NCBI GenBank assembly: GCA_041736305.1
Contig: JBGSTX010000056.1
Span: forward strand, 1-15,087
DNA: 15,087 bases
Source of the DNA: Oligoflexus sp.
GTDB taxonomy: Bacteria; Bdellovibrionota_B; Oligoflexia; Oligoflexales; Oligoflexaceae
Direction: 5' to 3'
The notes under the pieces are model-generated. The model worked only from the letters and a program-made list of their open reading frames with translations. It did not search any database and was not told the DNA's origin. The translations under genes and the position numbers were made by a program. Below are positions 7,397 to 15,087 of the stretch, one piece after another (positions within the stretch are counted from its first letter, which is position 1; every line of letters begins with the position of its first letter).

Positions 7397-8242
7397 TTAT
7401 CCCCGACGTCCGCTGACGTAAGCGGCTGTCTGAGGATGCTGTGGTATGCAAAAAATATCAGAGGTTCGACCTTGTTCTACCATTCGACCCACGCCATCGA
7501 CAGTCCAAAACATCGCTACGTAGTCGGAAATGCGTCGCGCCTGAGGTAGGTTATGGGTGACGACCAACACCGTATAACGTCCTCTCAGCTGAACGATCAA
7601 CTCTTCCACCTTTTCACTTGAGAGGGGATCGAGGGCACTGCAGGGTTCATCGAAGAGCAAGACCTCGGGCTTGAGGACCAGAGAGCGAGCGATACAGAGT
7701 CTCTGCTGCTGTCCCCCGGAAAGTGCATGGGCGGGCTTGTGAAGACGATCCTTCACCTCCTCCCAAAGTCCCACATCGCGCAGAGAGGTTTCGATGAGCT
7801 CGGCCATCGCCTGCTCGTCCCTCATCCCATGGTACTTGAGGGGCAGCGCAAAATTCTTCCATATGCTCAGCGGGAATGGATTGGGTTTCTGAAAGACCAT
7901 GCCCACTTTTTTGCGAAGGGCCAGCACATCGGTACTTGAGTCCAAGACCTGAGTCGAGCCTATTTCAATCGTGCCTGAGACGCTACACTGAGGCAGCATT
8001 TCGCTGAGGCGATTGAGGCAGGATAAAAAAGTGGTCTTCCCGCAGCCAGATGGTCCAATGAGAGCTGTAATCGAACAAGCATCGGCGTTTAGATGGACCC
8101 CTTCCAGCACCTTTTTCCCGCTGTAGCTAACATCCAGGTCGCGGACCCGAATCAGCGGCTCGCCCCCCATGACACAGTAATTATCAGAGCATAGCGGTAG
8201 GCAGTTTTCGCTAGTTGGGCCTTGGCTTTTATCCTTCGTCAT
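7397..8242 (-). CDS. pstB: Phosphate ABC transporter ATP-binding protein
   Basis: Walker A GPSGCGKT, LRKKVGMVFQKPNPFPLSI, signature LSGGQQQRLCIAR, Walker B LLFDEPCSALDP, VTHN and terminal YVSGRRG. ATGA overlap with pstA. Confidence 0.95.
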   Translation of the reverse strand: MTKDKSQGPTSENCLPLCSDNYCVMGGEPLIRVRDLDVSYSGKKVLEGVHLNADACSITALIGPSGCGKTTFLSCLNRLSEMLPQCSVSGTIEIGSTQVLDSSTDVLALRKKVGMVFQKPNPFPLSIWKNFALPLKYHGMRDEQAMAELIETSLRDVGLWEEVKDRLHKPAHALSGGQQQRLCIARSLVLKPEVLLFDEPCSALDPLSSEKVEELIVQLRGRYTVLVVTHNLPQARRISDYVAMFWTVDGVGRMVEQGRTSDIFCIPQHPQTAAYVSGRRG

Positions 8243-9093
8243 AAGAGGTCCAATCTTGATTTAAGATGCCGATCCGCTAGCATCGACGCACTGATATTGA
8301 TGATGAAGAGGAGTGCGACCAGAACCAAGCTGCTAGCATAGGCGCTCTTATCTCCTCCTGAAACGTTCATCGACAGATCATAGATGTGAACAGATAAGGA
8401 ACGCCCGGAGTCCATCAGCGATTCAGGCATACGATCGACATAGCCTGAAGTAAAGATGAGAGCTGCAGTCTCGGCGATGGCTCGACCCAATCCCAATATC
8501 AGGCCTACCATCAATGCTGGAACTGCAGCAGGCAGGAGTATGCTCCATAAGGTAGCGTGACGAGGCAGGCCGAGCGAAGCCGCTGCCCGCCTATAGTCCT
8601 GGGGTATCGCCCGCAGTCCCTCCTCGAGAGCTCGAATAAGAATCGGCAGGACCATACAGGCTAAAGTCAGGCCTCCTGAAAGTATGGAAAAGCCGAGCCC
8701 GAGTACCTTGCAGAAAAAGGCATTACCAAAGAGCCCGAAGACGATGGAAGGTATACCGGCTAGAAGGTCGAGACACCAACGGACGAAGTTGCCAAAGCTT
8801 GGCTTGCTCGAGCTGTATTCAGACAGCAAAAGAGCGGTGCCAAGTCCAAGAGGAACAGCGGTCACCATGCAGACCAGGAGAATAAGAATAGTCGATACGA
8901 GGATAGGCGCGATACCTCCACGACGTCCGGATTGCAGGGGTTCGCTAGTCAGAAATTCCCAGGATAGAAGCCCTGCCCCATGCCAGAGCATAGATCCAAT
9001 GATTAGAATAAAAATCCCAAAAACAAATGCCGCAGCCGCCCACGAAGAGCTCCGCAGCAGCGACTCCTGCAAGCTAGATGTTCGCCTAAGCAT
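8239..9093 (-). CDS. pstA: Phosphate ABC transporter permease PstA
   Basis: GGIAPILVST, LLSEY, LAGIPSIVFGLFG, LGRAIAETAALIFT and RSLSVHIY. Multi-TM protein in the expected operon position. Confidence 0.94.
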   Translation of the reverse strand: MLRRTSSLQESLLRSSSWAAAAFVFGIFILIIGSMLWHGAGLLSWEFLTSEPLQSGRRGGIAPILVSTILILLVCMVTAVPLGLGTALLLSEYSSSKPSFGNFVRWCLDLLAGIPSIVFGLFGNAFFCKVLGLGFSILSGGLTLACMVLPILIRALEEGLRAIPQDYRRAAASLGLPRHATLWSILLPAAVPALMVGLILGLGRAIAETAALIFTSGYVDRMPESLMDSGRSLSVHIYDLSMNVSGGDKSAYASSLVLVALLFIINISASMLADRHLKSRLDLL

Positions 9094-9937
9094 GCCGCGG
9101 CCTGACTAAGCTTGCCAAGCTTACGATGATGGCGATACAGAATGCCAATAAAAGACCGCTGACAAACAAAGCTGAACGATGGAAGTTCATTGCATAAGCC
9201 ATCTCCAGCGCAATGTTAGCTGTCAGGGTACGCACGGGATCAAAAATGCTAGTTGGCACCTGAACAATATTGCCGCAAATCATGATCACAGCCATAGTCT
9301 CCCCCAAGGCTCGGCCCGTAGCGAGCAAAACAGCACCCATGAGGCCAGGGCGTGCCGCCGGCCAGACTGCAGAGCGGAAAACACCCCAGGTATCGAGACC
9401 CAGTGCTGCCGCCCCTTTCACTGCCTGAGTCGGCACACTCACTATACTTGCATCTGCCATCAACGCCAGAGTCGGTAGCACCATGATCGCGAGTACGATG
9501 GATCCAGTAAGAAGACTCGCGCCAGGTGGATGGATCCGGTTGACGAGGGGTACGATCTCGGTGAGCCCCCAGAATCCATAGACAACCGAAGGTATGCCGG
9601 ACAAAATCTCAAGCATCCGCTTGAGATAGGATGCGAGACGTGGCGGCATATAATAATTACAGCAGAGAGCTGTCAGCAAACCGAGAGGCGTCGCGATTAA
9701 AAGTGCTCCGGCCGTAACGCTTAAGGTTCCCATAAGCATAGCCAGCAAACTGTATTCACCTTCGCGAGGTGACCATGCACCAGGATAAATAAAAGCTGAG
9801 AGACCCTTCTCGCGGAGAACTGGCCAGCTCTCTTTGCATAGAAAAGCCAGTATCAACAGTAGGAGCAAAGCGCTGCAAACTGCTGAGCTCCGCAAGACCA
9901 AGATCCAGCGCGCTTCACTTTTTAGAGAAGGTGACAA
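9086..9937 (-). CDS. pstC: Phosphate ABC transporter permease PstC
   Basis: LSGIPSVVYGFWGL, GRALGETMAVIM and RTLTANIALEMAYA. The ORF track starts at TTG 9982. I prefer the in-frame TTG at 9937, which has AAGGA 8 nt upstream and a 23-bp overlap with pstS. Confidence 0.93.
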   Translation of the reverse strand: MSPSLKSEARWILVLRSSAVCSALLLLLILAFLCKESWPVLREKGLSAFIYPGAWSPREGEYSLLAMLMGTLSVTAGALLIATPLGLLTALCCNYYMPPRLASYLKRMLEILSGIPSVVYGFWGLTEIVPLVNRIHPPGASLLTGSIVLAIMVLPTLALMADASIVSVPTQAVKGAAALGLDTWGVFRSAVWPAARPGLMGAVLLATGRALGETMAVIMICGNIVQVPTSIFDPVRTLTANIALEMAYAMNFHRSALFVSGLLLAFCIAIIVSLASLVRPRHA

Positions 9938-10748
9938 AGTACTGTTCCTTGACGAGGTCTTCGACTCCAGCTGATTGAGCAAAGTCGAGGAAGGATCTAG
10001 CCAAAGCTTTAGAATTGTCCTTAGTTACTAGGTTTAGTGGGCGGGATAAAGGATATTTTCCAGCTTTCACCTCCTCAACAGTCGCAGAGATACCCTGGAG
10101 AGGGAGCAGTTTGATAGGCACTCCATTGCCTGCCGCGAACTCAGCCGTACCGATCGAAACATAGCCGATCGATCCAGGATTCCCCGCTATCGTTTTGATG
10201 CCCTGCTCATTGTCACCGATGATAACCTGAGATTTGATTTCACTGTTTTTGATTTTGAAATATTTTTCGAAGAGTTCGAGGGTTGAGCGTCCTTCTGCCT
10301 TATTTACGACAGTGATCGGACCGTCCTTACCGCCGACATCTTTCCAATTCTTGATTTGCCCCCTGTAAATTCCGACGATCTGCTCCTCGCTCAAGCTCAC
10401 CAGGGGATTATTCTTGTGCAAAATGATTGAAATCCCATCCAGGGCTATCGGAAAGGCCTTAAGTTCTTGCTCATCTGGATTGAGGGCACGCGATACCATC
10501 CCAATATCGGCTAGATTCTGCCTTACGTCTGCTACACCGCGTGAAGAGCCACCCGTCTGAACATCTACGCGCACTCCAGGATGGGCTTTCTCAAAACGCT
10601 TACCCACCTCGAGAACAAGGGGTGCAACGGTGCTCGATCCCGTAATGACGAGCTTGCCGCTGAGAGGGCTGCTTTCGACTGCCAAACTTAAGTGCGGGAG
10701 TATAAGGAAAAGGAGCAAAGTAAAGGGCGTCAAAAGCCTCGTTCTCAT
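9915..10748 (-). CDS. pstS: Phosphate ABC transporter substrate-binding protein PstS
   Basis: ITGSSTVAP, QTGGSSRG, DIGMVSR, IALDGI, IGYVS and YPLSRPL. Sec signal peptide. ATG 10748 is preceded by GAAGGA (the ORF track extends to 10763). Confidence 0.93.
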   Translation of the reverse strand: MRTRLLTPFTLLLFLILPHLSLAVESSPLSGKLVITGSSTVAPLVLEVGKRFEKAHPGVRVDVQTGGSSRGVADVRQNLADIGMVSRALNPDEQELKAFPIALDGISIILHKNNPLVSLSEEQIVGIYRGQIKNWKDVGGKDGPITVVNKAEGRSTLELFEKYFKIKNSEIKSQVIIGDNEQGIKTIAGNPGSIGYVSIGTAEFAAGNGVPIKLLPLQGISATVEEVKAGKYPLSRPLNLVTKDNSKALARSFLDFAQSAGVEDLVKEQYFVTFSKK

Positions 10749-11042
10749 GGTTTCGTCCTTCAAACTTGCGTAGGCATTGAGTGGAATTTTGAAAGAATTT
10801 GAAACTAGAAGGTGCTCGATTTTTTGGCAAGTACCTATTTCTAGCCAACTGCCGAAAAGTTTTTTTGGCGCCTTGTAGAGCTACTTCATTGGGGAGAATT
10901 GGCCACAGAGATAGGTAAAACTATGCGGAAAACGTGGCCCGGCCACCAAGCAGAGTGAGTCAAAGACCTGGAGATTTGCGGGCCCTTTACTTGAAGGCTT
11001 AGGGCCACAGGCGGGAGTTCTGGGATCGCCAAATTCCTGGTT

Positions 11043-11336
11043 TTACTGGCTCTCTTCATGTGCATCCGTGACATTTGCTTCTGGAATCAGGACGATATTT
11101 TCTTCTAGTTCGCTGTTATTGGCAGCATTCATCTTCGAGAGACTACGGTAGTAATAACCATCATAACCATAATTACCGCCAACAACCGTCCGCCGCGCAA
11201 CTACCACTCCACCACGTGGTCCTACAGCGATCGCGGTCCGACGGGCCGCAAAATTAGCCTCAGCGATTTCGGAATAAAAGGCTGTAGCTACTGGCAGAGA
11301 CAGAAAGCTCGTCATGAGAATCAATGACTTTTTCAT
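11043..11336 (-). CDS. Small secreted Gly/Arg/Tyr-rich protein
   Basis: 97 aa, GGAG RBS, signal peptide MKKSLILMTSFLSLPVATA, core RRTAIAVGPRGGVVVARRTVVGGNYGYDGYYY. Lies 24 bp downstream of the DUF2092-like gene. Confidence 0.7.
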   Translation of the reverse strand: MKKSLILMTSFLSLPVATAFYSEIAEANFAARRTAIAVGPRGGVVVARRTVVGGNYGYDGYYYRSLSKMNAANNSELEENIVLIPEANVTDAHEESQ

Positions 11337-11360
11337 AGTAAGTCTCCATGCACAGGTTTA

Positions 11361-12089
11361 TTACTTTGAACGAAACGATCCCGAAGCCAAATCCACCTGG
11401 GAACCACCAGCGGGGATTTGTGCCGCAAATTTGCTATCGTCGATTTCACCGTTGAGCTTCCACGCACCGAAGGTCACTTCATATTGCGGACCTTGAGCTA
11501 AATTACGGCTTGTAATCAGAGACTTGCAGATCGTACCGTTTTCCGCCACCCATAGTTGCCAGTCAGCAACTTCAGTTCGAAATCCCACATGTTCGCAGTT
11601 ACGGGCCGTGACCTTGCTAGATCCGAAGTATTGGGCTTTTTTGATAGCTTTCTTGGCCGCATCGAATAGGTCGCCGCGTAGAAGGTCCATCAGGGGCGCC
11701 TGGATATTCCTCTCGTCTAGCTTCTTTACGAGGTCATCTACTGATCCAACGAGGGCTTCTTGGCCGAAGCGCTTGTTCATAGGATCCACAATGGTAAAAG
11801 TTTTACCATCAAAATAGGCCACTTGATTTTCGTCACCCATACGAGCTGCGTAGAGTTTGTCGGGTCTTTCCATCTTCACGTCGAGCATAAATATCTTTTG
11901 AACTTTAAAATCATTTTCTGTCTGGATTTCATCTGCGGTAGCCAACGCGCGAACTTCGATAGATTTTGCATTTTGAATAGTTTCAGCGGCTTTTTTGAGG
12001 ACAGCGAGAGCCTTGCTTGAAGAATCTTCGGCGAAACTATGCGAGGTCGAAATAAGCAAAGAGGCAGTTGCCAAAGTCGCTTTTAACAT
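11361..12089 (-). CDS. DUF2092 family periplasmic protein (LolA-like fold)
   Basis: ERPDKL, YFDGKTFTI, APLMDLL, CEHVGFRTEVADWQLWV, PQYEVTFGAW and F...IPAG. Probable start ATG 12089 with AAGGAG RBS and signal peptide MLKATLATASLLISTSHSFA. The ORF track start at 12191 looks over-extended. Confidence 0.88.
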   Translation of the reverse strand: MLKATLATASLLISTSHSFAEDSSSKALAVLKKAAETIQNAKSIEVRALATADEIQTENDFKVQKIFMLDVKMERPDKLYAARMGDENQVAYFDGKTFTIVDPMNKRFGQEALVGSVDDLVKKLDERNIQAPLMDLLRGDLFDAAKKAIKKAQYFGSSKVTARNCEHVGFRTEVADWQLWVAENGTICKSLITSRNLAQGPQYEVTFGAWKLNGEIDDSKFAAQIPAGGSQVDLASGSFRSK

Positions 12090-12315
12090 TGCGAGCTCCT
12101 TTTTGAGGAATTCTATTTTTTGATTTAAGCCTAAGAGCGGTCTACGCCTCCTCAAAATTCTTGGCAAGCTGGTGAGATTATCTGCGGTCATGCACTCACA
12201 TAATTTCTAGCGCATACAGGATGTCGGTCAAAAGCCCACAATTCGGGAAAAATTTGTTAAATCTATAGGCATTTCAGCCGATAAAGAGGCTAGTCTAGGC
12301 AGAGGGCGGGGAATT

Positions 12316-13353
12316 ATGCGTAAGTTACTAATTGCATTAGCTGTTTTCTCAGGCACGTGTTACGAAGCCCCGAATCCCCAGCGGAGCGACGAGGCCATAG
12401 TCAGCGCTCCCGCTCCCCAGCAAGGCGATACCGTTAGTTCAGTGCCAGTTGAAGGTGCAAGTAGCCCAGTGATTCAAACACCGGCTGTCGAAAGCAAATC
12501 TCCCGGTTCTCCAGCTCCCCTTCTTGAAGCGGGAACCTTAAACGTACAGTGGTTCGCGGGAGCTGCTAACTGTAACCAAGACAACAATCCTCCGCTGCAA
12601 GTCCATGCTTACAACAAGAACATGAGCATCATTCGGCAGAACAAGTGTGTGAATTTCGAAGCCCCCTTTATTTACCTGCTTTTTGGCGCCCAGAAGGCGC
12701 TACTGATAGACACTGGCGCCACAGCTGCAGCAGCAACTTTCCCTCTGAGGGCTACAGTCGAAAATCTAATGGTCGAGCACTATGGGGCCACGCAAAGAGC
12801 TCAAATCACTCTAGTGGTAGCGCATAGTCATGGGCATGGTGATCACCGAGCTGCGGACGCTCAGTTCAATGGCCAAGTTGGAACTACTGTCGTAGGCACG
12901 GGAATGGCGGCTGTAGCCAGTTTTTTTGGAATCACGAGCTGGCCCGAACAGATGGTCGACTACGATCTCGGTGGTCGAGTTCTCAAAGTGATTCCCATTC
13001 CCGGGCACGAAGCAAGCAGTGTCGCCTTCTACGATAAGCAGACTGGAAGTATTTTTTCAGGTGATTCGCTCTATCCGGGCCGACTCTACATCGAGAGTTG
13101 GGAAGTCTACCGGGCCAGCATCGCCAGACTGAAAGCATTTTCGGATAGTCAGGCTGTCAGTCACGTGCTTGGAGCTCACATTGAAATATCGAAAACTCCG
13201 GGCCAGGACTATCCCATCGGTTCGACCTTTCAGCCCGACGAGCACGCCTTAGCGCTGAGCAAAGACTCTTTAATTTTGCTCGATAGTGAACTGAAGAAGA
13301 TCGGTACGACCCCTATGCGGAAGGTTCTGGACGAATTCATCATCAGCCCGTGA
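12316..13353 (+). CDS. Exported metallo-beta-lactamase-fold hydrolase
   Basis: ALLIDTG, HSHGHGDH (HxHxDH), IPGH, FSGDSLYPG and LGAH. N-terminal signal peptide followed by a Pro/Ser-rich linker. Confidence 0.92.
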   Translation: MRKLLIALAVFSGTCYEAPNPQRSDEAIVSAPAPQQGDTVSSVPVEGASSPVIQTPAVESKSPGSPAPLLEAGTLNVQWFAGAANCNQDNNPPLQVHAYNKNMSIIRQNKCVNFEAPFIYLLFGAQKALLIDTGATAAAATFPLRATVENLMVEHYGATQRAQITLVVAHSHGHGDHRAADAQFNGQVGTTVVGTGMAAVASFFGITSWPEQMVDYDLGGRVLKVIPIPGHEASSVAFYDKQTGSIFSGDSLYPGRLYIESWEVYRASIARLKAFSDSQAVSHVLGAHIEISKTPGQDYPIGSTFQPDEHALALSKDSLILLDSELKKIGTTPMRKVLDEFIISP

Positions 13354-13364
13354 GCGAGACGAAA

Positions 13365-13409
13365 GGGACATATTCCATCGCGGACAGGAGCCGCGATGGA
13401 ATATGTCCC
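13365..13409. terminator. Perfect 19-bp stem-loop between convergent ORFs, probable terminator
   Basis: GGGACATATTCCATCGCGG-ACAGGAG-CCGCGATGGAATATGTCCC, 11 nt after the MBL stop. Only a TTT tail on the minus strand. Confidence 0.7.
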
Positions 13410-13413
13410 GAGA

Positions 13414-13713
13414 TTATTCAGCCAGTCCCTTGAACCCGAGAAGCGATGAGGGATCCCTTAAGCTCTCACTCGCCTGTAAATTAAGGATTTCGATCATCTG
13501 ATCAGCGAGGTATTCAGAGGCGACGGTTCCTAAATGCAGGCCGTCAGGAATCAGCTCCCGTAGAGTATAATGTCGACCTTTATAACTGAGTTCTTCAAAC
13601 TTAGCAGACCGAGCCGCAGCAGCATTTGCTTCTAAGTTAGGAGCACAAGAAATATCCGATGAAATGCTCATGAGGCATAGGGCCTTTCTTAGGAATTTTA
13701 CAAGTGACATCAA
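13414..13713 (-). CDS. Hypothetical protein, possibly a remnant of an SGNH/GDSL hydrolase
   Basis: 99-aa ORF with a signal-like N-terminus and LIPDGLHLGTVASEYLA, which resembles SGNH block V (DxxH). RBS is weak. Confidence 0.4.
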   Translation of the reverse strand: MMSLVKFLRKALCLMSISSDISCAPNLEANAAAARSAKFEELSYKGRHYTLRELIPDGLHLGTVASEYLADQMIEILNLQASESLRDPSSLLGFKGLAE

Positions 13714-13724
13714 GGTTTCTCGAG

Positions 13725-13763
13725 AAAAAGTTCGCCTTTCCAGCCTGCGGCTAGATAGGCGAA
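13725..13763 (-). terminator. Intrinsic terminator-like hairpin with U-tract
   Basis: Minus strand TTCGCCTATCTAGCC-GCA-GGCTGGAAAGGCGAA-CTTTTT: 15-bp stem with one G-U pair and one mismatch, followed by T5. Confidence 0.6.
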
Positions 13764-13891
13764 ATCAATGTTTAGCTATGATGAAATGAGTTTAAGCTTA
13801 ATGTCGTCGCTGCTAAGCGAGAGTACAGATTTTTACTAGCCCTACGATAGGTGCAATGGAGACGAATGGCAACTTGCCGTTTCGCCTCGCA

Positions 13892-13909
13892 TAAAAAGCC
13901 TAGTCGGCT
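13892..13909 (-). terminator. Weak terminator-like hairpin downstream of the HPF gene
   Basis: Minus strand AGCC-GACTA-GGCT-TTTTA. The stem is only 4 bp. Confidence 0.3.
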
Positions 13910-14047
13910 GCGTTTTCTGCGGAAGAATAAGGCGTGAATTAAATTTCAATATTTTCCTGCTTATCAGCTAGATACACCGACAAGGATACCTTAATCTTCA
14001 AGTAGTTCTTGGTTCAGCTTGATCGCGGCCCATGAGCAGCCAACTTT

Positions 14048-14446
14048 TTATTTCAAGCTACTTTCCATTTCGCTTTCTTCATCGTTACTGCCGAGCGCCG
14101 CAAAGGGTTCGCCACCCATAGGAGTTCGACCTTTTTTGTAATTAATGCGCCCCATCGTCTTATCGATCGCTTTTTCCAATTTCTCAACCGCCCCATCAAG
14201 TGCGAGGTCGAAGGTCTCCGCCTTGTGGGAGCAAGCTAGATTTGAGAAACCAGCAAGATGAGCTTCGATAGAACAGTATTTATCTTTATCGCCACCCTTC
14301 CCGCTATTAGTGTCGTTGAAGTGAAGCTCTACCCGTGTCAGAAGGCCGGAAAAACGGTCTAGAGTCTTTTCCACTTCACTGCTAGCCCAAGCGATAGTTC
14401 TCTGGTTCATTTCAACTGAATGATTGGAATTGACGAGGACTTGCAT
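14048..14446 (-). CDS. HPF/RaiA family ribosome-associated (hibernation) protein
   Basis: MQVLVNSNH...LDRFSGLLTRVELHFNDTNSGKGGDKDKYCSIEAHLAG...ALDGAVEKLEKAI is the Ribosomal_S30AE pattern. ATG 14446 has a GGAG RBS (the ORF track extends to 14494). Confidence 0.9.
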   Translation of the reverse strand: MQVLVNSNHSVEMNQRTIAWASSEVEKTLDRFSGLLTRVELHFNDTNSGKGGDKDKYCSIEAHLAGFSNLACSHKAETFDLALDGAVEKLEKAIDKTMGRINYKKGRTPMGGEPFAALGSNDEESEMESSLK

Positions 14447-14559
14447 GTTGCGCTCCGTAAAAAAGGAAGAAACGTCCAGAAATTTTTCATGCAAGAAGTA
14501 AACCGCTACTCCTTGAGCTGAGCATTTTCTACCTTAGCTGCGACGAAACGATCACGAAT

Positions 14560-15087
14560 CTAACGATAGCTGAAAATCATCAAGAAGACTAAGAGTACGA
14601 CTAAGGCACCGGTCGAGCACTTTGGCTCTTTGAACAGGTCGACAATACTTTTCTGGAAGAGCACTAGTAGTATAGTTCCCGGTGCCATACCGATCAGACT
14701 CGGAAGGAGATAGCGCATAAAGGGCATGTGGCCAGCCCCAGCAGCAAGATTGATGAGGTTGTTCGGAGCCACTGGCAAAATGCGCAGCAAAACGAGCGTA
14801 CCAAAGCGCCCATGACCTATCTTGCTTAATATTTTTTGGGTGCGTCTTCCAAAAAGATTATGAAAAAAAGTCGGTCCTACAAGACGACAGATAAAGTAGC
14901 TTATACAAACATCACCGCAGACCCCGAGAGCTATATAGGTAAAAGCCCGATCCATGGGAAAGAGATGCGCGGTTGCAATGATAAATCGAATGAAGCTATA
15001 GACAGCGGCTGCAGTAATATCACTACAGCTGGCATTGGCCTGCCGAAAGGTGCTTGCTGCCCTAATTGAAAAAAAGGGTCTCCTAAA
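14560..15087 (-). CDS. DedA/VTT (SNARE_assoc, TVP38/TMEM64) membrane protein, partial and possibly frameshifted
   Basis: LVLLRILPVAPNNLINLAAG...YLLPSLIGMAPG is the VTT signature. The frame stays open upstream of ATG 14955 to the window edge, and family-like sequence (FIIATAHLFP) precedes that ATG. Confidence 0.8.
   Translation of the reverse strand, partial: FRRPFFSIRAASTFRQANASCSDITAAAVYSFIRFIIATAHLFPMDRAFTYIALGVCGDVCISYFICRLVGPTFFHNLFGRRTQKILSKIGHGRFGTLVLLRILPVAPNNLINLAAGAGHMPFMRYLLPSLIGMAPGTILLVLFQKSIVDLFKEPKCSTGALVVLLVFLMIFSYR

Noticed and set aside
6199-9478. Several short or antisense ORFs within the K+ channel and pst genes
   Set aside because: Shadows of well-supported genes.
9938-9982. 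68-bp pstS/pstC overlap implied by the ORF track
   Set aside because: A better start with an RBS at 9937 reduces it to an ordinary short overlap.
10785-10804. TTTCAAA direct repeat upstream of pstS as a Pho box
   Set aside because: Period is 10 rather than 11 bp, the match to CTGTCAT is poor, and the context is AT-rich.
10886-11074. 62-aa minus ORF between the small secreted gene and pstS
   Set aside because: Overlaps the 97-aa ORF out of frame, with no RBS or recognisable features.
12090-12191. Arg-rich N-terminal extension (RRRR, Tat-like) on the DUF2092 ORF
   Set aside because: A strong AAGGAG RBS and a Sec signal at ATG 12089 indicate the extension is not translated.

Overview
Gene-dense bacterial chromosomal window (roughly 50% GC by eye). 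The style of the exported proteins and of the TPR-wHTH regulator suggests Oligoflexia/Bdellovibrionota, which is inference only. Recognisable genes: a pstSCAB phosphate ABC transporter operon with no phoU in the window, an MthK/TrkA-type K+ channel, tRNA methyltransferase trmO (tsaA), a DUF2092-like periplasmic protein, an exported metallo-beta-lactamase-fold hydrolase, an HPF/RaiA protein and the C-terminal part of a DedA/VTT membrane protein. The most interesting part is 1-4628. There, a 615-aa helical-repeat (TPR-like) regulator with two tandem C-terminal winged-helix domains overlaps the gene for a Cys-rich secreted two-domain protein, followed by a DUF4360-like secreted protein that the ORF track missed. 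A lipoprotein gene is transcribed divergently, and the shared intergenic region carries a mirrored sequence motif. No rRNA, tRNA, CRISPR array or transposase was recognised. All family calls come from motif recognition by eye, not database searches.
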